DNA of 64,000 bases from Lepidodermella squamata (Eukaryota; Animalia; Gastrotricha). A program made the position numbers and the translations under genes. Shown here piece after piece: positions 1 through 10,557 of the stretch. Position 1 is the first letter of the stretch, and every line of letters starts with the position of its first letter. The notes under the pieces are model-generated. The model saw nothing but the letters and a program-made list of their open reading frames with translations. It searched no databases and had not been told where the DNA came from. Location of the stretch: the NCBI GenBank assembly GCA_047495785.1, contig JBLDXI010000010.1:2046001-2110000 (forward strand). Reading direction: 5' to 3'.

Positions 1-52
1 GAAGAGGTAGGATGATTGACCTTACGAAGTTGCTTTTTAATCTTTTTCCTAG

Positions 53-638
53 GCTTGAGATTCCCGATAGCTCCACGAATCTTGCTGCTTACGAGCTCAT
101 TTCCGTTATCAATCACTCCGGCTCACTGGAACACGGCCATTACTTCACCTATTCGAAGCGTGGCGAAGATTGGTTCGTCTTCAACGATTCCAGCATCGAA
201 AAGCTGACGAGTAGCAATCACTTCTCAAACAACTCGAACGCGTGCCTGTTTGTCTATCGAAAAGTTGACCAGCAAATGGTTGAATCCAAGCCAGAACTCA
301 CCGCAGATCTCGACCAGCCTGGCATTGAACCTCGCGCAAAATTTGACGAACCTATCACTGTTGAACAGCCTGTTTTACCCTCGCCAAGTGAGCCACCTTC
401 TTTTTCTGATTATCGCCCTCTTAGCTACGGGTCTATCGAAGATGAGACCAACGAACCTGCGAATCATGATTGCAGCATTAACGCTCGATTACTCAACGAA
501 GACGCCGAGAAGAAGCGACGAATCTCAAAAAAGGCTACGCTGATAGCTGTTGGCTTGGTTACGACCATTGGCTGCGGTGTTTTGCTGTGGTACTTCTTAT
601 CTCGCTCTGACAACAAAGTTCCTGCGCAAAGCCCTTAA
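53..638 (+). CDS. 3' exon of a USP (peptidase C19) deubiquitinase with a C-terminal transmembrane tail anchor; gene begins upstream of the window
   Basis: His-box YELISVINHSGSLEHGHYFTY...WFVFNDS and ACLFVYRK. Hydrophobic ATLIAVGLVTTIGCGVLLWYFL follows a basic KKRRISKK. GT-AG intron at 7..52, AATAAA at 654-659. Confidence 0.85.
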
Positions 639-718
639 AGAACTGATTCTCAAAATAAAGGACATTCACGTTTCGAATTTAAGAATTAAGCTTTGAATTT
701 CCATAGGGTTTACATAGA

Positions 719-3700
719 ATGGCGGCTTACGTAATACCATGTGACAAGTTCGAGCCTGTATCGTATTCTGATTCTGATTTGTGCCATTTATGCGATTGTG
801 AAATGTACTATCATACTGGGGGTAAGATTTACAGATTGAATCCTAAAATACGTTTTCCTTGTCTGAAATCTGAAACAGGGTTGTTTGGTAAATGTACGTG
901 TTGCAACTGCCAGAAATATCTGCCTAGAAGCTTCAATTGCAAGAACTGTAATTTAATACTCGGCAATCATTCAAAGGAAGCAGGTGGGTGTTTCCAACTT
1001 TTTCCGATTTGAATTACTTTTGTATTGTTACAGTCATATCTTTCACGGCCGAGATGGACGGCTCGAATAAGCAGGTCTCAATCGCTCAACCCCAAGTTTG
1101 CTCTCGACCTGAGCCAGATGATATGGAATGGGACCGTTACGAGACGAAAGTTGTCAAGAAACGCCCTCCTGTTAAACCACCTGGTAAAAATTTGCCAGTC
1201 ACGTCCGGCCAAGTACTTGCGAACAATCAGAATGCTAAGGCGCTTGCAAAGCGCGGAAACCCAACCAAAGCTCCGAAGCCCTATGTCGAGGTGAAGCCGC
1301 CGCAAGAAGTCATTCATCTTGGTGTAACTGGCCTCAGGAATGTTGAGAACAACGTAGGGATCAACTGGCTTTTAATTGTCAAAGTTTTGCTGTCAGTGCT
1401 ATCTTAACAGCTTGTTGCAATGTCTAAGCCACGCGGAGGGTTTCAAACGCATATGCCTGGCAGAGTGTACCAAGAAGCGCGGCCCGCTGTTCAGCTCGAT
1501 CGCTAAGACCATTGAGGCTCTATGGTCTCAGGAAAAGGTGACTGATTCGTCGCTAGTGAAGCGGCAACTGGCGCGAATCGACAATAGATTCTCGACGAAT
1601 GAACACCACGATTTGCTCGATGTCATGATGGTCTTACTTCGACAGCTTCATGCCGAATTGAACGAGGGCGATACGGAAGCGTACCGAATTATCAATGAAA
1701 CCGACCTTCGGCGGATGTGTACAGGTGAGGAAAATAGAAGATTCGAGGCGCATTTTGTCGAAGGTTTAAGCTGCTATGTCGATCTTGAATTGCTGACCCT
1801 TACCAGTCGTCTGAGCGAAATTTCCGACGCAGACAATGTTTTTATAGCGTGGAATATTTTTCGATGCCCTTTTAGCTATTTCTCAATCCCCTCTTGATGA
1901 AGCTATGCGTGAAAATATCGAAAAAATTGAAAAAGGGCTGAGTTATGGGAACAATTTGTGGTGCCACTACTTTTGGTGAGCGTGGGTGGTTTGCCACCCG
2001 GAATATCCCAACACCCTTAAAGTTACAATAACCCTTTCATGGCCGAATTATTTATTTCCGGTAGAAAAAATATTTGACAACATTTCAAGGGGATTTAGGG
2101 GCCCCTGAACACGATTTTGAAACCCGCTCCTGAATCCATCCCCGTTAAGGCTGTGCTAAAAGTGGTCGAAAAGTGGCCTTATCCAACCAGCTGATTTCAG
2201 CACATTTTTCAAGCACCATAGCTTTAGCATCAGATGCTCTCAACATTGAATTTTCATGTTCTAAGCCTCTCCCTTAACCCTAGCCAGTCCCCGACTCGCA
2301 AACGAACTTTTGGTGCGCGTGAGTGTGATACCACCCATTTTCTGATTTCACCTGTTTATCAGCTTTAGGGGCCAATTTAAGCATGAAAAACATAAATAAC
2401 ACTATTTTTAACAATTTTACATTATTTCTAGAGAACATGGGCCAAAATAAGGTCTCCAGGGCTTGAAAACCTGCTAAAACCCGAAAAATACCTGGCTATT
2501 ACCGATCGGTACTTCCTGAGGTTACAAGGGCATCAGACATGATATTTTTGCGGACCTATTCTATTTATAGTTAATTCAAGTGAAAAATATGCAGATTTTT
2601 ACTCCGGGGTGATCTCAAATCAGAATCTTGAAATGGCCGAAATGAAGTAAAAAGGCGTGAAAGTGGGAAAAATTTCCGATATTTGACCCCCTGGGAGTCC
2701 GAATTCAGCTTTTTTTCGGGTTTTTCGAGGTTAGTTATTTGGATGACATATTAATCAATTAAATTTAGCAAGTTAAATCGCCTGAATCCGTTTAAAGTTG
2801 GGCCCAGACTCCCATTCAGCCATAATAACGGCTCCCTGGATGCTGAATTTATTATAGCGATTCTTTGAGACCCTGCGAATTGAAGAAAAAGGTGGTATCT
2901 CGCGATTTTCATTGTTTTCAAGTAGAACCTGCTATAACACAGCTGTAATCCTTGTTTAGAGCCTAAACTAGTGATAATGGCATGACCGGGGTGACCGTAA
3001 TGTCCCGAAACTTAGGTTCGGTAATTTCAGGTACGTTCCGGATTTTCGGGTATTACTCAGTACTCAGGATAAATCCCTGAAATATCCCATGTATACTTAT
3101 GGAATGCTTATATATTAGTCGCCCATGCCATATGATGGCATGAAATTACTAGCAGCTAGCAGCTCATTTAAACAGTAACTTTATGGGCGTTGAGACATTC
3201 TGTTCACAAAAAGTAGTGATTCCACTAATTGTTTCCGTAACTCAGCCAATTTTCAATACTTTTTCGAGATTTTTTTCACATAGATTTATCAAGAGGAAAT
3301 TGAGTAATACATTAAAGGGCATCGAAAAATTCTGCGCTATAAAAAAGGTGTGTGCGTCTGAAATTTCGATTGGGTGGGATACCACCCAAGGGGACTGGTA
3401 AGGGTTAACCTGTTACGAGGCACCATTTCTGTTCTAGAACAAATCAAACTGTATGCTGAACGTAACAAATCATTTATTACGGATCTATTCTACGGCCACA
3501 TGGTTACGGAAAGTGGCGGTGAAAGCAGCGTCGAAGCTTTCAGCACAATCATCCTAGATGTGGACGATAGCTTCTGCTCGAATCGGAGCATTGTCAAGCA
3601 GCTTGGCGAGTACTTTGGCAGGTCCCGTATCGTCCAAAAATGTGTTGGAACAAAAAGCCCGACCACTGAATATATGTCATCGCAAAAATATATTTGGTCG

Positions 3701-4103
3701 CTGCCCAAGTACCTAACTCTCTACCTACTTCGTTGCAGGCGTGATCAAAGGGGTGTTTTGTCCAAAGTTGGCTGGGAATTCTATACCTACCCGTCAGAAC
3801 TCGACGTTTCTGAGTACATGCATAAAGATTGCCCTGAGGAGAATCGGCCGAAGAAGCAGCCGTGCTATCGATTGATTGGAGTGATTTGCCACCAAGGCCA
3901 GGTGACCAGTGGCCATTTCTACGCCTATGCATGGAATGAAGGCATGAACAGATGGCTGCTGTTCAACGATGATCACGTCAGTGTGACAAAAGATTATTTG
4001 GTTAGTCTCATCGATTCTATTATAACAGCCTCAATATGATGTTTTTTTTATTTTCCAGGCGGATGGAAATGCCATGCTGTTCTTCTATGAGCTTATCGAG
4101 TGA
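719..4103 (+). CDS. USP (C19) deubiquitinase, 5 exons (719-983, 1034-1353, 1397-1724, 3438-4000, 4059-4103), with a Cys-rich N-terminal domain
   Basis: Splicing at GT-AG sites keeps the frame. It rebuilds the Cys box GLRNVENN|CYLNSLLQCL, HHD, SFITDLFYG, LPKYLTLYLLR, the His box HQGQVTSGHFYAY...WLLFNDDHV and the terminal AMLFFYE*. Confidence 0.88.
1797..3404. mobile_element. Non-autonomous piggyBac-like DNA element in USP intron 3
   Basis: Imperfect terminal inverted repeats of about 180 bp begin CCCTTACCAGTC and end GACTGGTAAGGG. TTAA follows the right end (3405-3408); the left flank is degenerate (CTGA). No coding capacity. Confidence 0.7.
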
Positions 4104-4194
4104 AAAACTGACTTCAGCAATGAATGATAATTTGTACTTTATTTTTGCTCATATGATTAGTAAAACATCATTTATTGGTGCTTAGTGAAATGTT

Positions 4195-6532
4195 TCAGGT
4201 TTTGATCACGAGCCAAGTTGCAGACGTTGTAGCCGAAACTATCAATAGCGCAAAAGCTATAGTGATCTCCTGAGCAACTATCCCATCAACGGCAGCAACA
4301 ACGAGAATCCCACCAACGAAAATCAGCGCAAAATTAGCCAGACCAAGGGAGATAGCCTTCATCTCGGGAATAGTGACCCCTCTATTGAATTTCAATTTCA
4401 AAGCCGCGATGCATCCAGCCATCAGAATAGCAGCATTGAGTCCTAGAAGCGATGCAAGCCATTTAGAATGATGTGCCCCTGATTCGCATACCCAGTAGAA
4501 AGTTTCAATAACTGAATCATCTTCATCGACGTATCGTGGATCATTTGCCGCGCTGAAACATACCAAAGGATGGCCGAGTAACCAGAATCCAACGAGAGCT
4601 GCGTTAACTAGCGTGAAAATCATCACCCAAGCAAAGCTCAAATCATCTGTTTCTTTCAGATCTGTCGTGACAATCGAGTCTTTCTTCTTAGTACTTGATC
4701 GAAATCTTCCACTTTCGGCGAAGCTAGCCTCGAGATTCTTAATCCGAAGTGCCATCCTTCGCTCAGCTTTTCGACTACATGCTGAAGATAAGATGATTGG
4801 TCGCAGACTTAGAATCCCATTCAAGACACCAAAGCTTATGACTGATAAGACTAGTCGTAGTTTCCAAAGTACCAGGGGCGCTATTGAAGTTTGTAGTGAG
4901 AACACAATCGAAGCAGAATTCATGAGTAAAGCTCCTATCAGTCCAATCAGCTTAACCTTATGAAGCTCTTTATCCAACTTCGACCCTTGGAGAAGCTTGA
5001 AGAGTCCTGTAATCTGGGCAAGACTGACAATACCGGTTATAGGTCCAATGACGTAGATGATCCCCTCCGAGATCTCCTGAATTTCCTGTTTCACATTTGC
5101 CCTATCTTTGGGAGGTTCACCATCTTCGGTTTGCCATGAAGGATCGCGATGTTTTTTCATCCAGTAGCTTGAAAGAGAGTACGCTGAAGTATTAGGATAC
5201 TGATTAACTGTGTACAAGATTTGATAGCCCGACAAAGGTGTCCATTGGCTGATCATCAAAACGTCCCCATCAATCTCTCCCCGATCGTTATACTTTAGCT
5301 TGCCCATTCTCAGCCCCAAGTAATCGATTGAAAGGGCTGTTTTGTTTACGATTCGCATCACACGCTCAGGTTGGTCTCGCATGTTTCGAAGTGATAAGTT
5401 TTGTCGTTTCAGAGCTTTCTCAGACTCGTGAAGTGTCAATGCAGCCTGAAAGATGTTGTCGTGACAGGAAACTCGTTGCTCGTAGTCGACGGGTCGTGTG
5501 TTATTCGAATGTTGATCAAACATGGCGTCAAATTCCAACAAGTTGTACCCTAATGATATTTTACCTGTTGGCTCCATCGTCGACTGAATCGGAGCTGTCC
5601 AGAAGGCGTGCTGTAAAATTCTTACAAACTTAAACTTGCAAGCTTTTAAACAAAAAAGTAACCTTCAACTGCTCAGTTACCACAGCTCGACGACATTGCG
5701 GCACCACAGGGTCCGGAAGAATAGAGGGGTCAGTGAAAGCTACCCCAAGAAGAATGAAGGCGTATTTCGGGCCAGTTATGCCGAACTTGTGACTTTGACA
5801 GAAAAACCTCCAAACTAGCCTTCCGATCGCTGTGGTAACAATAAACACTCTAACGTCACTCTTTTTCATCGCCACAAAATACTCGTCATCCATTTCAGCA
5901 ACAATGTCGAAATATGGCACGGAAACATTGGCTTCGTCGAGGGCTAGGCGCTGGAGAATCGTGGCTGAAGTGTAATCAGCTGCATTTCCAACATTTGTAA
6001 TAATGCCAATTCGCTGCCAACGCCCAACATCTTTGATGAACCTCATTTGAGCGAAAGTTATTATTCCACCTGTTGCTCGCATCGAATACAAATTCCGATA
6101 GATATTTCGATCAGTTAGAAAAGAGGCCGAGCAGCGACCTGTCAGGCCTACGGAGTTGATTTCATGTAAAATCGGTCCAAGCACCTTGCAACCATTTGAA
6201 GAATTCGGGCCGGCAATGACAGGAGATTGTAAAGCATTAGGTTTTTGCTGATTTTCGTAACTTCGACTGTAGCTCAGTGGGACCACGGCTGCGAGATTTC
6301 CACTGGCCTCATCTTCGTATTGAATTGCAATGTTATAGTCGGGTAGAATGTCTGACTGATTGTTAATAGCATTAATAGCAATGCCACAGGCGATTTTACA
6401 TGCAAGCCCTGTTGATGGTGGATTTCCCGTGAATGAAATGAGTGATAGCAGCGATAGGTTGTATGTTTTCAGAGCCAAAGTTGGCAAAACATGACCAATC
6501 AGTAAAATAAGCAGCGGATGAAAAACTTGCAT
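4195..6532 (-). CDS. GABA-B-receptor-like class C GPCR (signal peptide, Venus-flytrap domain, 7TM); 2 exons (6532-5663, 5610-4195)
   Basis: Signal peptide; AINAINNQSDILPDYNI, AGPNSS and WQRIGII are flytrap-domain motifs. A 52-bp intron at 5611-5662 joins the two ORFs in frame. Seven hydrophobic helices, WVCES in ECL2 and EMKAISL before TM6. No cysteine-rich linker, as in the GABA-B type. Confidence 0.82.
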
Positions 6533-7435
6533 TGAGCTGACAACAAATGAAATCGCTGCAGTGGCGTATATGCTTTAAGTATCTAGCGTGACTTGCAGTT
6601 GAAAGCCGGAAGCAAATGCAGCCAATGTAATGTCGATTTTAGGCAAGTTTTAAACTTAAAATGGGGTCGTCCATTATCTTTACATGCATTTTCTCCGTTT
6701 TCCGTGATATGGATAAGACGGCACCCTAGACGCGGTACTCTGAGCACGAGTCGCATCTCCGAAGACAGAAATAGATCGCTCGAATTCAACTATACCCGTA
6801 GATCCATTATAAATTGGCATCAAGTCATCAAGGAAATAGTCGGTTATATTTGCATGCGAGTTATATTAAGCTCTTGATCGAAGGATTTCCGTCTGGAACA
6901 AGAAACACGTGTACGCTTTCTTCCGAAGCAAAAATCTTTTTGCGATCAATACCAGAGATTTTGATGATGTTTTAACTAATATTTCAAGATGAGTCTTATA
7001 GTATTATAGGTCGTGAACAATTTTCATGTTTCATAATATGAAGCAATCAAGAAAAAAGAAAAGCAAAATGTCCGCATTTTTCCATCAGAAATGTTTCTTA
7101 TTCATGGGTGAAATCAAGAAACTTTATACAATAAAATTGCGGTGAGACAAACGTTTCGGCTGCGGGTATTTGTTCATGTTAAAGAAACGTTGAGATCACA
7201 GAGCAGCCACCGGAACTCAAGTTTTAACTGTTTTGAATGTGAAATTGATATTGATAAGTTATTTACTACAACTTGATCAAGCAACGCACTCATTTCCTAC
7301 AGCAGCAAAATGACATTCACTCCACTTCCGGCAATGTACATTTTAGCATTGAGTACCAGTATAGTAACTACCGAGCACCGAGCATCCCAAACATTCAAAA
7401 TTTGGAGTAGGTACATATATAGCTTTCATCCAACA

Positions 7436-9947
7436 ATGGAAAAGTTGCAAAATGCCTGGTTCGAAATTCGGGGTAAAATATAATCCGATTCAATTCATTC
7501 ATCGAAATTGCATTCCAACCCTGCAGAGTCTGAAAGATGTGAACGGATTAAGAATTGGTTTTCAACACACCGACTAATCGCTTGCCTCATTTCTGCAATC
7601 ACATGCCTCTCGATCGTGGTCATAATTCTTGCGGTTCATCTCGATCGAGAGAAGAGGCTTAAAACAGCTGATGACAACATTTGCAAAAGCCGAAGTTGCG
7701 TCACGGTTGCTGGATCCATCATCGCAAATATGGACCTAACAGTCAAGCCCTGCACCGATTTCTACCAATATGCATGCGGTGGCTATGAAAGTAAGTTTCT
7801 AGTTAGGATCCGGATTTTTTTCAGAGATTCTGTCACCACAGAAAAACATAGCATACCTAACGACTATAATCAGTATGGAACGGTACAGGAGGCCTCGGAA
7901 CTGGTTCAGAAGAATCTTCGGGGCTTATTGGAAGGTCAAGAGCCGCTCAGCAATCAAACAGCAAGACTGAAAGCCCGAAAATTCTACCAGTCTTGCCTCC
8001 AAACGAAATCTAACACATCTAGCGCTCAGGTTTTTCTAAGGCAGCTTGTCGACGATTTAGGAGGGCTATTTTTACTGCCAAGTCGAGAGATTCATCCATC
8101 TTGGAGTTTGGGCAGATTGCTAGAGGCCAGAAATCGATATAATACCGCTGGGTTTTTCGATTTCCAAGTTGCGACTGATGACAAAAACGTGTCTTCGAAT
8201 ATCATTTTGATTTATCCAAACAGCTTGGGCATAGGCCGAGGGACGCGAGATTACTACCTGGGCAAGGAGTTGAGTGATCCTGTCTTAACAGCTTATATCG
8301 AACTCTTAAATACCTACGCCGTTCTGATACTCGGAGCAGAATATGTCGACCAAAACCTAGTTTCCGAAGTCGTTAAATTCGAGCAGAAACTTGCAGACAT
8401 TGAACTGCCGCTTAGTCGCATTTTCAATGTCGAAGTCGAGTACAATAAGCGAAGTCTTCAATGGGCGAATGATAATTTTGGGTTGTTCGATTGGGTTCAG
8501 TTCACGAGAAGTGTTTTTGCCAACCAGCCTGAAATTTATATCAGTCAATATATGGAACCTGTTTTGATCTACGGCACGGAGTATTTTACGAGATTATCGA
8601 CACTTGTAAATGAATTCCAAGTTACACTAGAGGGAAAACGAACAATTCAAAATTATGTTACTTTCCGAGCGTTGGCGTTTTATGCCAACGATTTCGGAGG
8701 GGAGTTCGGGGAGGCATACAGCAAATTCGAGACTGTTCTTAGTGGAAAAACCGGAGCGACTCCCACTTGGAAATCTTGCTCAGCTGAAACTGATTCAGCC
8801 GTCGGATTCGGCCTGGGGGCTATGTATGTTGAAAAGTTCTTCCAAGATGAAGGCAGAATCATGGTGCGTGCATGTTGAGACTCTTTTCGAACATTCCTAC
8901 AGGTCTTTTCTACCATTTCAGATCACGAATCTGATCAAAGATGTGAGAGTTGCGTTTAGGAAGCTTATCGCTGGTGCTAACTGGATGGACCAAACTACGA
9001 AAATTCTGGCCTTGGACAAATCTGACGCTTTCCTTTACGAATCGGCCTATCCTCAGTGGTTGAAGAATGACACCCATTTGAATAGTTACTACGAGAAACT
9101 CAAAGTTGCGGAGGATTATGTTGAAAATTCAGTCAATGCAAAACGATTCAAACATGAAGATAATTTGAGGGTAATAATGATTGGTGTCTTCTGATTTCTC
9201 CAAACTACTTTTATTGGCTTTGTAGCAACTTCGGAAGAGACCTGATCCAAACGAATGGGTTATGACCCCACAGACTGTCGATGCTTACTACGAGCCGACA
9301 AAGAACAAATTCGTACTCCCAGCCGGAATCCTGAGTCCACCATTTTTCTACACAGATAAAGAACTGCATCCAGCTTTGAACTATGCTGTGATTGGCTACA
9401 TTGTAGGCCACGAAATCGGGCATGGTTTCGACAGCCTGGGTGGTAATTACGATAAACTCGGCAATTTGAACAATTGGTGGATGAATGAGACTAAACGGGA
9501 GTTTCAAAACAGGGCTCAATGCTTGGTGGATCAATATTCTTCGTACTCTGTTAATGGAGTATTCCTGAATGGAAAGCAAACATTAGGGGAGAATATTGGA
9601 GATAATGGCGGACTTCGAGCGGCTTATCTGGCTTACAAGAGCCTTCCGAATAGCAGGAAAACATTACCTGGACTTGATTTAACTGGAGACCAACTTTTCT
9701 TTGTAGCATATTCTCAGGTTTTCTGTAATGTTGCGACCCCAGAAGCGATAAAACAGCAAATAATGCAAGATGTTCATTCACCCATGAAGTTCAGGTTTGA
9801 TTTCATCTTAATCTATGCTTGATCATTGGTGAAGAATTAATTATTGACAGAGTTAATGGTCCTGTTTCGAACAATCAAGACTTCGCAAGGGTTTTCAGTT
9901 GTGGCAAGTCTCCGATGAACCGTCCTAACAAATGCATAGTTTGGTAG
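7436..9947 (+). CDS. M13 family metalloendopeptidase (neprilysin/ECE-like), type II membrane protein, about 6 exons
   Basis: N-terminal TM helix; PCTDFYQYACGG; zinc motif GHEIGHGFD; GENIGDNGG; DVHSP; C-terminal PMN...CIVW*. Short introns at 7473-7526, 7791-7841, ~8863-8921, ~9171-9225 and ~9795-9850. Confidence 0.92.
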
Positions 9948-10557
9948 TTATAGTTCGAAGAATAAATAAAATAGGATTTTTTATATGTCAAACACCGTGA
10001 ATAACTATAAATCAGGCGTACAATCTGAATCGGAGAAGTCAAAATCCATATTCGGGAACCAATCTTAGTTGCGAATTATTCGTAGTTCTATTTTCGAGTA
10101 AGTAATTAATGAAATTTTGTAATCAGATTTTTTATCTTTTCTTCGACAATTTTTTCACAATTCAATTTGTAAATTTCTAAAATAAAGACATCCATGTGAT
10201 TCCATGGTGACTCCTTTATCTAATCTAAAATTGGCCAGCCTCACCCCTAGTTGCACCATGTTTTCAATAAGCTGATGCAACATTGCATGAGGCATTTTCC
10301 TATATCCACTATGGGGCTAGTTCTATTTGCACACTGCGCAGCATATCGCATGAATATTGATGATTCATGCCCCTCACACACATCTAAGTACTACAGCCTT
10401 TCGATGACTCATACTATGCGATATAAAGCACAAAACTGGATAGTTTTTTTCACACACTTCTTTCCTATATAGAAATCCTATTCATATAACCGCCGGCTAA
10501 TATTAGGAATTTAGTATATTTATTTGCTCATTTTTTTCCCAATTATCTCCAATAACA

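Noticed and set aside
7791-7841. Apparent 17-aa insertion in neprilysin
   Set aside because: It is a stop-free 51-bp GTAAGT...CAG intron that the ORF caller read through.
10200-10557. Mimivirus early promoter AAAATTGA upstream of the cassette
   Set aside because: Only AAAATTGG (~10227) is present, far from the ATG; not supportable.
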